The notes under the pieces were generated by a model. That model was not told where the DNA came from. It made no database searches and worked only from the letters and a program-made list of their open reading frames with translations. Below, one piece after another: positions 1 to 9,266 of a stretch of 64,000 nucleotides of DNA (positions are counted from its first letter, which is position 1; the number at the start of each line of letters is the position of its first letter). The position numbers and the translations under genes were made by a program. The DNA is taken from contig JBGAHS010000002.1 in assembly GCA_044226015.1 (NCBI GenBank), positions 1,223,209 to 1,287,208 on the forward strand, written 5' to 3'. The stretch comes from Candidatus Obscuribacteraceae bacterium. Its GTDB lineage: Bacteria; Cyanobacteriota; Vampirovibrionia; Obscuribacterales; Obscuribacteraceae.

Positions 1-252
1 GCGACTCTGGTAGGGCTGAAACTTGAGGCCGGTTCCTGAAAGGGTGCCTTGCTGTCGCAAGATTTGCGCCTGCAGCTGGTGGCAGGCAGCGATGTGCGCC
101 TGGCTGCTGGTTTTCGCCGCCTCGACATTGTGCCGATGGATGGCGTAGCCGATGATGCTGCCGATGATCACAACGGCGGCGATGGCGATAGCGATGATGA
201 CGCCCTGATTCGCCTGCCCCCGTCGATTCCGATTCGTGTTACTCATGTTCAT
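1..252 (-). CDS. Hypothetical membrane-anchored protein with a prepilin-like N-terminus (runs off the window start)
   Basis: Not in the ORF track. Translated by hand from ATG 252 with a GGAGA RBS: MNMSNTNRNRRGQANQGVIIAIAIAAVVIIGSIIGYAIHRH..., open to position 1. Confidence 0.7.
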   Translation of the reverse strand, partial: MNMSNTNRNRRGQANQGVIIAIAIAAVVIIGSIIGYAIHRHNVEAAKTSSQAHIAACHQLQAQILRQQGTLSGTGLKFQPYQSR

Positions 253-289
253 TGAATTCTCCGGTTTGTAGAAGAAGAAACGTGTGTTC

Positions 290-423
290 GAACTTCCGGC
301 TCCACCTACTCAGTGGTGCCGGCTTGGCGAACTCCAGTAGTCCGCCGCTTCCGCGTTTGAACTCCCGACTCCAACTCAGTGGGCCGGTCCTGGCTAGCTC
401 AAGAGAGCCGCCTCTTTTGCGCG
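290..423. repeat. Imperfect tandem duplication, 2 copies, period about 69 bp
   Basis: GAACTTCCGGCTCCACCTACTCAGTGGTGCCGG... at 290 versus GAACTCCCGACTCCAACTCAGTGGGCCGG... at 359. Confidence 0.65.
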
Positions 424-482
424 GGCTGGTCAACTCCAACGGAGTTCACCAACTATGCCTCGCGCGTCGACAATCTGGCATC

Positions 483-1088
483 CTAATGGTGCCGTGTCAC
501 GAAGCTGCGGGATAGTTCGCCGATGGTGCGCACAGCCACCTCGCGAGCGAATTCGGCCGGGTCTGGATTCGGGTTCTCCCAATCCAACCATGACCCTGAC
601 TCCCGCAGTACACGTGCCTGATCTGCATCGTCGAATCCTGCCGCTTTCAGCGAACGACCGACGCGCATTCCCGCCGTGTAGGTATACCGTTCGGTTCCCT
701 CGTAATGTCGCTTACTGCGAACGACGACCAGCACACAGTATGTGTAGGTTGGGAACCCTCTGAGATAGCGATAAGCATCCAACTGCTGTGTCGCGACTGC
801 TGCACCATCCATGCCACCATCTTCCTGACGAGTGAACGTCACAAAGAAAGCGACTCCGTTCTTGTTACCAAGTCGGGTCAGCTGGCGCTGGAGATTGCTG
901 CGCTCGATGAGGGGCGAGTCGTCGTCGAAAGTCCATGATGGACTGACCCAAACTCGCTGGTCGTCGAGATAATCTTTTACTCGTGGTTTCATAAATTGCT
1001 CCGGTAGACGCAATCGAAAAAACTCTTCTAGTTCTATCGATGGAACGATAGCAGCAAGTGACCGAGGACCAACATTTGTTGGATGCAT
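483..1088 (-). CDS. Hypothetical protein
   Basis: 201-aa ORF, same orientation as the downstream gene, no recognisable motif; start uncertain. Confidence 0.55.
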   Translation of the reverse strand: MHPTNVGPRSLAAIVPSIELEEFFRLRLPEQFMKPRVKDYLDDQRVWVSPSWTFDDDSPLIERSNLQRQLTRLGNKNGVAFFVTFTRQEDGGMDGAAVATQQLDAYRYLRGFPTYTYCVLVVVRSKRHYEGTERYTYTAGMRVGRSLKAAGFDDADQARVLRESGSWLDWENPNPDPAEFAREVAVRTIGELSRSFVTRHH

Positions 1089-1555
1089 TCAGGTTCTACT
1101 GCGGTCTCGGGTGCTGGGTTTGCGTTCCTGGGCTGAGATGTAAGAGAAGAGACTCCTTACCCTCCACGTTTGACCCCTCAATATTCAAGGGTTGTAACTG
1201 TCGGAGCATAACAGCACCACGCCCTCCAGCCCAGCCAGCACAAGCGACAGCACTGTGGGACTGGCAGCGTAATGCTCCCAACTACATCACAAGAGTCGCT
1301 AGCACTAGCTATGAGGAGACCTCTTAAGCTAACTAGCGCCTTAATAATGAATCTCCTGTCATGTCCGCGCTCCAACCCATGAATACGGGAATTGAGCTTC
1401 CTGCCAAACTGTAGCAATCAAAACCAAGTAGATCCGATTTGAACCTAATTCGATCCTCTTAGCCAAGACAATATGCAAAGTCTTTCTACAGAACTATCGT
1501 CTAACCCAGAGTATTGGCATCCAAGAGGTTAAGATCAGTCCGACAATATCCGGGG

Positions 1556-2347
1556 ATGCCAAAAATGCTCAAGAATAAAACCGCACTAGTGACTGGTTCA
1601 ACCAGCGGTATAGGATTGGGAATGGCTCGCAAATTAGCCATGAACGGCGCAAATGTGATTCTAAATGGATTCGGCGACCATGTAGAAATTGAAAAACTAC
1701 GCACATCGATTGAAAACGAATTTTCAGTGAAAGCCGCCTACATAAACGCTGACCTGAGTAAAAGCAACGAGATAGAAACGCTCACGAATAAGGCTCTGGA
1801 ACTTTTCGACAGCGTGGACATATTGGTAAACAACGCCGGAGTACAACACACTGCTTCTGTTGAAGATTTTCCCGCAGATAAGTGGGACTTGATTATCGCG
1901 CTGAATCTCTCTGCCGCCTTCCATCTGACTCGACTGCTTCTGCCAGGAATGAAGAAAAACAACTGGGGCAGAATTATCAATATCGCATCGGTTCATGGCT
2001 TGGTTGCATCTATGCAGAAAGCTGCCTATGTTGCAGCAAAGCATGGAATCGTCGGTTTAACGAAAGTAGTAGCTCTTGAATGCGCAGAAAGTGGTATCAC
2101 CTGTAATGCCATTTGTCCTGGCTGGGTGCTCACGCCACTAGTGGAAAAACAAATTGAAGCACTAGCTCAACAAAGAGGAATCAGCATCGATGCGGCTTCT
2201 GATGAGCTTCTTAGCGCAAAACAACCAAGCAAGCGCTTTACCGAAATCGATCATCTTGCAGAACTAACAATTTTCCTTTGCAGTGAACATGCCTCAAACA
2301 TGACGGGCGCGAGCATCCCCATGGACGGTGCTTGGACAGCGCATTAG
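1556..2347 (+). CDS. bdhA: 3-hydroxybutyrate dehydrogenase (SDR family)
   Basis: TGSTSGIG, NNAGVQH, SVHG, YVAAKHG (YxxxK) and CPGWVLTPLV...KQPS typical of HBDH; start at ATG 1556 or 1565. Confidence 0.9.
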   Translation: MPKMLKNKTALVTGSTSGIGLGMARKLAMNGANVILNGFGDHVEIEKLRTSIENEFSVKAAYINADLSKSNEIETLTNKALELFDSVDILVNNAGVQHTASVEDFPADKWDLIIALNLSAAFHLTRLLLPGMKKNNWGRIINIASVHGLVASMQKAAYVAAKHGIVGLTKVVALECAESGITCNAICPGWVLTPLVEKQIEALAQQRGISIDAASDELLSAKQPSKRFTEIDHLAELTIFLCSEHASNMTGASIPMDGAWTAH

Positions 2348-2365
2348 ACTGGCAAGCAACCCCTA

Positions 2366-3652
2366 TCACTGGTGCGGTAGTTTATCCAACTGTTTCACTA
2401 TTGGCTCATCAAAGCTCTTCTTCAATTGAAGTGCAAGGTCACGGCTGGAGTTCGCATTTACTGCCGCAATACGATCTCTAAATACACGGTACTTCTTTTC
2501 GTCTTGCTGCACCGTGTTGTATTGAACAGCCTCATTGAGGAACTGCAAAGACTCTCCATACAAATGCATAGCCGCCAGTTCCTGTCCAAGCTTAAAGGCT
2601 ACCGCTGAGTGAAAATGTGGATGCATTGCGTAAGCCGCAGCAAGCTGAGCACAAGCATTCTTTCGATTTCCGCGAATTGAAAACAAATCGGCCAGACGAA
2701 TTCTGAAAAGAGTCGAACGAAAGCCACCGCCATTGGTGCCAGGTTCCGACAACTTAAAAGAGAGGTCGTTGATAGCGGCTTGCAGAACACGCTTATCAGC
2801 ATATTCCATCAAGTCATAGACCTGGTGCTTCGCCTCTGATAGAGTTTGTGCATCGTGCTGCCAGTAGAGCCCGAGCAACGAAGGCACAATTGCCTTGTCA
2901 TATTGCTTTGCTCCCAGGTAAACTCGTCCAAGCAAAAGATTCATTTCATCATCCATAGGTGACTCTTGCAAAGCTCGAGTTATGCCTTCCACCACTTCTG
3001 ATTGTTTTCTTCCTGTCTTCACCAGAGCCAAGGCGTTTATGCGCAGAGCGAGCGGTTCTTTTGGGTTACGTTTGAGTTCCTGATTTACCAGACTGAGCGC
3101 AGAGCCTATTTTGCCTTCGTTGTATTCCAGCATCGCTAGCGTAGCAAAGGTGCCTGGGTAGGGGTCTGATGTCTGAATCGCTTCACTTAACTCTTTTCGA
3201 GCATTAGAAAGCGCCTTTTGCTTGCTCTCCCGGCTAAAAGTGATGGCCGCTAGATTTTTTCTGGCAGCATAGAAGAGAACAGCCGGGTCACGCGGATATT
3301 TGTCTTGCAAATAGAGAAACATCAGTGCCGAACTAAACTGGTCGTGCGCAAAAATTTTCTTAAACTGATTCAAAACAAAATCAGCGCTACTTTTATCAGC
3401 CGCTGCATACTGGTCGTTAGCCAGTCCGTAGAGACCTTTGCTCGCCAGAGCCTCCCCCGCCGTGAGACAGGTAAAGGGGTCAGCAGGATTCTTGCTCAAT
3501 TCTGTAGACAGAAAGTTAATGTCAGAATCTGTCGCCTTTAGCCCCCTCGACAGTCGTGACCTCAATTCGTCGACCCCCGGAGAGGCCAAAACAGCCATAT
3601 GTCCAGAAAGGATCATTAGAAATATAGAGAATAGTTGACACCCTTTTTTCAA
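2366..3652 (-). CDS. Secreted TPR-like repeat protein
   Basis: N-terminal signal peptide and helical TPR-like repeats, e.g. NLLLGRVYLGAKQYDKAI. Confidence 0.7.
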   Translation of the reverse strand: MKKGCQLFSIFLMILSGHMAVLASPGVDELRSRLSRGLKATDSDINFLSTELSKNPADPFTCLTAGEALASKGLYGLANDQYAAADKSSADFVLNQFKKIFAHDQFSSALMFLYLQDKYPRDPAVLFYAARKNLAAITFSRESKQKALSNARKELSEAIQTSDPYPGTFATLAMLEYNEGKIGSALSLVNQELKRNPKEPLALRINALALVKTGRKQSEVVEGITRALQESPMDDEMNLLLGRVYLGAKQYDKAIVPSLLGLYWQHDAQTLSEAKHQVYDLMEYADKRVLQAAINDLSFKLSEPGTNGGGFRSTLFRIRLADLFSIRGNRKNACAQLAAAYAMHPHFHSAVAFKLGQELAAMHLYGESLQFLNEAVQYNTVQQDEKKYRVFRDRIAAVNANSSRDLALQLKKSFDEPIVKQLDKLPHQ

Positions 3653-3810
3653 ACGAAATCCCTCTTCTCTTTAGAATCAAGCTTTTCAGGCTTCTGAGTC
3701 TAGCAGATGTCTAAGTCGGGCTCAATTGACAAAACAAGGCTGGTAAGCTACAAAATTAAATAGGGTTAATAATTATCACAGTCTGTTCCTTATCCGGGGC
3801 TCTCACCTTT

Positions 3811-6084
3811 ATGAAGACTCGTGCAAAACAGGGTTCTACACTCTCTTTGGTTGTGGCGTGCACCATCGTCCTAGTCTTACTAGGCATTGGCTTTATAGCA
3901 CTTACATTTCTTTTTGGTGGTCATCGCGAAGCGCAACACGCTGCCGACTCTGGCAGCTTGAACGTTTCCAAACGAGCAATTTTGTCTCCGGCGGTGCAAT
4001 CATCCGCCTTAGAGTCAGACGTGGGGCGTGCTATGGCAGCCAACTTGTCTGCGCCAAATGGCTCAAACATCAACATGGGCACGGGAGTGAACTTGTTGAG
4101 CTTCAACCGCATGGTCGCTCAAGCCATGTTGGTCGCTCTTAACGCCGAGGCAGAAGGCCAGGGTCAAGCGAACGCCCAACAAGCCTTCAATTTCGTCGAA
4201 GGTAGTGCTGGCAGTATCGGTGCTCAGTTGAAGACACTGTTGAGCGACAACAGTGCTGGAGCCTGGGCTGAAGACGACTACAACGAAGTCAGCGGAAACG
4301 TACTGAAGATGTTGGGCGGCCAGGGCGCCCCCACATACAATCCGGCAGACTTCCAAGTCGCCTACATGAACCAGAGAGCTAACGATTTCACTGGTACCAA
4401 CGTTGATATGTCGGCATTCGACCCCTCATCAACGACGTACAGAAACGAGATACTGCCCATAAAGGACTACACCGATCCAAATCAAAGAAACAACTTCAAC
4501 TCGAAGTCTTTCGTGAAGGGTTCGGGCAGTTCTGCCAACGTATCATTCCTGGCAGGTTTCACAACGATAACCACGGCTGGCTGCAATTTCATGGGAGTTC
4601 CAACCAACCCGGGAATGCAACCTCACCTTGAGTCTACCAACCTCTTCAGCCAGGAAACATCTCAACCAGGTCAGGGCTCTGTGTACCTGCCTCCTAACGC
4701 CTTCAGGATCGGTGGCACGGCAACAGCCACCCCAGCCCAGGACAATGGAATGACAAAGGCTCACGTTGTGTCTGTGTCAATGATCGGCACTCCGCAGACT
4801 CCATTCCCTCTGCAGATTCCAGGCGGCTACATCGTCATCGACAATTCAGCCACCCAGAACTTCTCCGGACACACTCCAAATACAGATAACGTCGCAGCCC
4901 ACGAACTGGGCACGGGCATCCTTGTAGATAAAGCAACAGGTTACTTCTCCTACGGTTCTGACCCGAATGGAAAAGGAAACTTGATCGACCAGTGGCAAAC
5001 ATACGACCACGATCCGAACAACTTCCAGCCCTCGGCTTCAGACCCTCCGTATCAGGGAATCTACAACTCAAGCGGAAACGCCCTAGCATCAGCAAGCGAA
5101 GCTGCGAAGATCCCCTACGTGCCCAACCCAACTACTCCTCCATCAATTCTCTGCACTGATAACAATTCCAGTGCTCCAGGAGGAGATCCAACTTGTATTC
5201 AAGAAGCTAGTGGAACCGCATCAGTTCTGTCACCATTTGACCGTGCCTATCATCCAAACTCGCTCGCCAATGGTGGGGGCACTATGTCGACTACCGATTC
5301 AACAGCCAGCGAACTCGCCCAATGCCAGGTTATCGATCTCTATGGACCGACACCACACGGTGGTGGTCCAGCTATGGATTACAACTACAACTTCGGCCCT
5401 ACCGGCATCAGACGCTATCCTAACGGATTGCCCAGCCAGGCTAATCAATACGCATGGCAAGGTCCTCCCGGCGGCGGCTTCGGAATGTCTCCTGACTCTG
5501 TTCCAGCTTCAGTCCACACAAACTCAAGCTCAACCTGCAAAGTCACCGAAGATGGAACCATTCAACAATACTTCCAACAAGTTGAAGCTGGTAACCACAT
5601 TGAGGTTGACCGCGGAGCAAGCAACACATCAGTACTCTCATTCTTGAGACAACGCATGCTGGAAATCCTGCCGACTGCTACCGCAGCTCAGATGGATCAA
5701 ATTCTGCAAACTCCTATCGGTCTGGGCAAAACCTACTTCATCTACCTGAAGAATGGTGCTCTGACGATGGATACAACAGGTCCAGCCTACAGAGGTGGTC
5801 AATCCGCAAACGCTTTACAGGCTGATGGTTACGAACACAAAGTAAAATCAGACTACCCAATTTTGGAAGGTGTAGCAAACCCATATTACGCATATGGCAT
5901 CCACGACAGATTGTTCACCACCTGGGGAAGCAACTCTAATAAAGACGACCTGCAAGGCGAAATCACAGCTACTCAAACAGCCTCATTCCAACCAGCTTCT
6001 GGTGCTTATGGACTGCTTGGTATCGTGCGGTTCACCGAAACAAGTACCGCTAGTGGAAGCCTCGGCTTCAACAACCGCGACTAG
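3811..6084 (+). CDS. Large TadG-like / Tad-domain pseudopilin or adhesin
   Basis: KQG followed by a hydrophobic helix and then EAQHAADSGSL (Tad-domain QxAADxxAL-like motif); long S/T/G/N/P-rich extracellular region. Confidence 0.65.
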   Translation: MKTRAKQGSTLSLVVACTIVLVLLGIGFIALTFLFGGHREAQHAADSGSLNVSKRAILSPAVQSSALESDVGRAMAANLSAPNGSNINMGTGVNLLSFNRMVAQAMLVALNAEAEGQGQANAQQAFNFVEGSAGSIGAQLKTLLSDNSAGAWAEDDYNEVSGNVLKMLGGQGAPTYNPADFQVAYMNQRANDFTGTNVDMSAFDPSSTTYRNEILPIKDYTDPNQRNNFNSKSFVKGSGSSANVSFLAGFTTITTAGCNFMGVPTNPGMQPHLESTNLFSQETSQPGQGSVYLPPNAFRIGGTATATPAQDNGMTKAHVVSVSMIGTPQTPFPLQIPGGYIVIDNSATQNFSGHTPNTDNVAAHELGTGILVDKATGYFSYGSDPNGKGNLIDQWQTYDHDPNNFQPSASDPPYQGIYNSSGNALASASEAAKIPYVPNPTTPPSILCTDNNSSAPGGDPTCIQEASGTASVLSPFDRAYHPNSLANGGGTMSTTDSTASELAQCQVIDLYGPTPHGGGPAMDYNYNFGPTGIRRYPNGLPSQANQYAWQGPPGGGFGMSPDSVPASVHTNSSSTCKVTEDGTIQQYFQQVEAGNHIEVDRGASNTSVLSFLRQRMLEILPTATAAQMDQILQTPIGLGKTYFIYLKNGALTMDTTGPAYRGGQSANALQADGYEHKVKSDYPILEGVANPYYAYGIHDRLFTTWGSNSNKDDLQGEITATQTASFQPASGAYGLLGIVRFTETSTASGSLGFNNRD

Positions 6085-6109
6085 TTTAGCCTTAGAGGCA
6101 AAAAAACTG

Positions 6110-6141
6110 CAGGGAGGGTAGAGATACCCTCCCTGTTTGTT
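6110..6141 (+). terminator. Intrinsic terminator
   Basis: CAGGGAGGGTA-gaga-TACCCTCCCTG followed by TTTGTT. Confidence 0.75.
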
Positions 6142-6667
6142 ATTTGATATCATCATGAAAGGTGAAGGGGGTATTATCGTGCGCACCTACATACTTATTC
6201 TCGCTCTGCTAAGTTCGGCTCAGCTCTGCCCTCCAGCCCATAGCCAATTTGGCGTGCCACAAAAAGAGTCACCTGCAGAAAAGCTGAAAAAATCCAAAGC
6301 GAAATTCAAGACCCAAGCGGTGACCGCGCTCAGACCAATCCCAAACGTTCCGGCATATCCTGCTCCTCAAAACGCTCAGAAGTTCATTCGAGCGCAACAA
6401 TACAGCGCTCTCGGACAAGGTGATAACTGCATCGTTCAGTCATTCTTGTTAAGGGACCCGCCTGACACAGTGCGCGAATTCTATAGAACACAGCTCACAA
6501 ACAATGGGTGGATGCTTCAACCTGCCAACGCAGCAGGAACACAGCTGCTTGCCAGACGGCGCAAAGATGGTTCATCGTGCCATGTGATGGTTGCGCCTAG
6601 CCCAGAAAAAGGCTGGAAGTCTTTCGTGCAACTAAGGTACGTGCAATTCCACCCATTAGAAGATTGA
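6137..6667 (+). CDS. Secreted hypothetical protein
   Basis: Signal peptide ending PAHS; VREFYRTQLTNNGW helix; real start probably a few codons downstream. Confidence 0.65.
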   Translation: MLFDIIMKGEGGIIVRTYILILALLSSAQLCPPAHSQFGVPQKESPAEKLKKSKAKFKTQAVTALRPIPNVPAYPAPQNAQKFIRAQQYSALGQGDNCIVQSFLLRDPPDTVREFYRTQLTNNGWMLQPANAAGTQLLARRRKDGSSCHVMVAPSPEKGWKSFVQLRYVQFHPLED

Positions 6668-7560
6668 TGAAATTCAAAATCATAACTAACCTGATTCTTG
6701 CCAGCTTCATTGCTTGTGCTTTTCCAGTCAACTCAAACGCAAATCAACTTTCGCTAGGAAAAGAGTCCAAAGTCCCGGGCACAATCATGATTCCAGTGGT
6801 CAGCTTCAGTAGCCTGAACGGCATTACGATTGAAGACCTTTATAAAAAACGCAGTGAAGCAGTTTTCAAATATAAGCAATTACTATCAGACACTTACGAA
6901 CCATCCGATTCAATTTTTGGTTCTTGCGAATCAAAGAAACCCTGGTGGGGAACCTGGGGAATGTACGTCTACAGGCAAGGACAGCGTGCAATAGTCGGTC
7001 CTTCTAAAGAATCAATCTACCTCTTCAATCCCTTTAGATTGGTCTCCGCAGAGCAACACAGCGTTGGTTTATGGGACCCACGTTCGCTCTCTGATGCGGA
7101 CCTCAGAGACCCTAAATTCCCTTTTGTCTGGGAGTCAGGTCCTGTTTTGTTCAACCCAAAATTGCGTACAGCGCAAGTCTGGTACAACGTCTCAAAGTTC
7201 AATAATCAATTGCTTGAATATCAGAAAAACATGCGGGTTCATTTAACGAGCATAAATGGATTTAGCCTTATTGCATACAACGCCAGAGACTTTGGCCTCA
7301 ACTACATTTACATGGACCCTATTAAGAGTATAAACATGCGACGCTGGCGCGCACAGGCAGTCCCAATTACCCAGTTTCTGCACTGCGGTGGCTCCTGTGG
7401 TTACCCCGGCGGTTGCAACAACATGAGCCCATTTATAGAAGAACTCGACAAAAACAGTTTCCGCAAACTCCCTGCCAGAGCCTATTTGAAGCTATGGTCT
7501 ATTGAACCGGAAACTGTTAGTAATCCTCCAGATTTTACCTACATCATTGATTTCAAATAG
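6664..7560 (+). CDS. Secreted hypothetical protein with a Cys/Gly-rich motif
   Basis: Signal peptide; HCGGSCGYPGGCNNM motif; start overlaps the upstream stop. Confidence 0.7.
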   Translation: MMKFKIITNLILASFIACAFPVNSNANQLSLGKESKVPGTIMIPVVSFSSLNGITIEDLYKKRSEAVFKYKQLLSDTYEPSDSIFGSCESKKPWWGTWGMYVYRQGQRAIVGPSKESIYLFNPFRLVSAEQHSVGLWDPRSLSDADLRDPKFPFVWESGPVLFNPKLRTAQVWYNVSKFNNQLLEYQKNMRVHLTSINGFSLIAYNARDFGLNYIYMDPIKSINMRRWRAQAVPITQFLHCGGSCGYPGGCNNMSPFIEELDKNSFRKLPARAYLKLWSIEPETVSNPPDFTYIIDFK

Positions 7561-7642
7561 CTTTGAACATTGTGTAATTTAGAGATTGATTGCTGTGATG
7601 GTGATGGTATAAACCGATAAACGTCATAAGTTTGGAGAAAAA

Positions 7643-8572
7643 ATGAGCGAAGAAACCGCAGCAGAAAGCTCCCCAGCAAATAACTATTTTGGCTTGCCCG
7701 AAGAATTTTCAAGCCCAGAAAACTCGCGTGTAGCCATCGTCCCTTGTCCATACGAAGCAACGACGAGTTATGGCAAGGGAACTGCAAATGGTCCCGCGGC
7801 CATCTTGGAGGCGAGCCAGCAGGTTGAGCTCTTCGATGATGAACTCTGGGTCGAGCCACATGTTGTAGGTATTCAAACCTGTAGTCCAGTTATCATGGAT
7901 GCGCAAACTGCAGAAATGGAGAATCCATTCTTGCAGTTACAAGAAGCTGTAGCACCACTGGTCGAGTTCAACAAATTTCCGATAATTCTCGGTGGCGAGC
8001 ATTCACTCACGCTGGGCGCAGTTAAAGCGTGCCTTGGACGATATCCCGACCTTTCGATTCTCCAAGTTGACGCCCACGCAGACCTTCGCAAATCGTATGA
8101 GGATAAGGATTATAGCCACGCGTGCGTTAGCTATCATCTCTACAAAACTCTGCCGCAACCTAACATTACCCAAGTAGGTATTCGCAATATTAGCAAGGGC
8201 GAAGCTGAATGGATGGAAGAAGAACAGCCCAACATCCACATCTTCTGGGCACGCCATCAAGAAAAATGGAATTTTTCGGAAATCATCTCGACCTTATCTG
8301 ACAATGTCTATCTCACAATCGATGTCGACGGACTTGATTCAGCTTTGATGCCTGCAACAGGAACACCAGAGCCCGGCGGCATGAACTGGTATCAATTGAT
8401 GGACCTCATCAAACAACTCTGCATTCGTAAAAATGTTGTTGCTGCAGACATCGTAGAGTATGCCCCTATCGATAACTTTCACGCTCCCTCGTTTCTTTGC
8501 GCAAAGCTTATCTATAAAATAATAGGCTACCGCTTTGCTCTAGACCTCGGAGTGACGAAAAAATATCTGTAA
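7643..8572 (+). CDS. speB: Agmatinase (ureohydrolase family)
   Basis: GGEHS, DAHAD, SHAC, DVDGLD and GTPEPGG motifs; GGAGA RBS. Confidence 0.9.
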   Translation: MSEETAAESSPANNYFGLPEEFSSPENSRVAIVPCPYEATTSYGKGTANGPAAILEASQQVELFDDELWVEPHVVGIQTCSPVIMDAQTAEMENPFLQLQEAVAPLVEFNKFPIILGGEHSLTLGAVKACLGRYPDLSILQVDAHADLRKSYEDKDYSHACVSYHLYKTLPQPNITQVGIRNISKGEAEWMEEEQPNIHIFWARHQEKWNFSEIISTLSDNVYLTIDVDGLDSALMPATGTPEPGGMNWYQLMDLIKQLCIRKNVVAADIVEYAPIDNFHAPSFLCAKLIYKIIGYRFALDLGVTKKYL

Positions 8573-8576
8573 ATGA

Positions 8577-8602
8577 AAGACCGCAGCTTTCGCCGCGGTC
8601 TT
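8577..8602 (+). terminator. Terminator-like hairpin after speB
   Basis: AAGACCGC...GCGGTCTT stem. Confidence 0.55.
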
Positions 8603-8795
8603 CAAAATTTGTGCTTCTCAGGTTTTCACCTTTGAATATTGCTTCCTCCATCGATTGCTACCCACCCCAGGCAGCTCTCTAGGATTTTGAAACAGCCACT
8701 GCCAGGTTGAGTACACCACACCCCTGATGTATTTCGTCCTGTCAGTTGCTCTGACAAACGTCTATATACGAGTAATTCAAAATTTGGACAAGAAT

Positions 8796-9266
8796 ATGGA
8801 AATTTTGGAACTCCACAGTTTAATGCAAGAAACTCTTGCCGAAGCAAAACGCTGCGAAATGGACGTGCCGGTTGGAGCCATCATCGTCAAAGACGGGGAA
8901 ATAATTTCACGCGGCTTTAATCAAAGAGAGCAATTAAACGACCCCATTGGTCACGCAGAAATCATAGCCATAAAACAGGCTGCCCTGAAACTGGGAAGCT
9001 GGCGCCTCAGTGGTTGCATCCTGTTTTGCACGCTAGAGCCCTGCCCAATGTGTGCCGAAGCAGCAATACAAAGCCGCATTAGCAAGATTGTGTTTTCAGC
9101 TTACGACCCTGTTGCGGGCGCTGCAGGAACAGTGTTCAATCTGTTCGCAAATAGAAAGGCTTTACCAACACCAGAGTTGATTGGTGGCATACTGGAAAAA
9201 GAAGGAGTCGCGTTGCTAAAAGATTTTTTCGAGCAACGAAGAAAAGAAAATGATGCCAAAAAGTAA
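8796..9266 (+). CDS. tadA: tRNA-specific adenosine deaminase
   Basis: VPVGA, HAE and TLEPCPMC motifs; start moved to in-frame ATG 8796. Confidence 0.85.
   Translation: MEILELHSLMQETLAEAKRCEMDVPVGAIIVKDGEIISRGFNQREQLNDPIGHAEIIAIKQAALKLGSWRLSGCILFCTLEPCPMCAEAAIQSRISKIVFSAYDPVAGAAGTVFNLFANRKALPTPELIGGILEKEGVALLKDFFEQRRKENDAKK

Noticed and set aside
8796..9266. tadA as part of the Tad pilus system
   Set aside because: Name coincidence only: the motifs are those of the tRNA deaminase, not the pilus ATPase.
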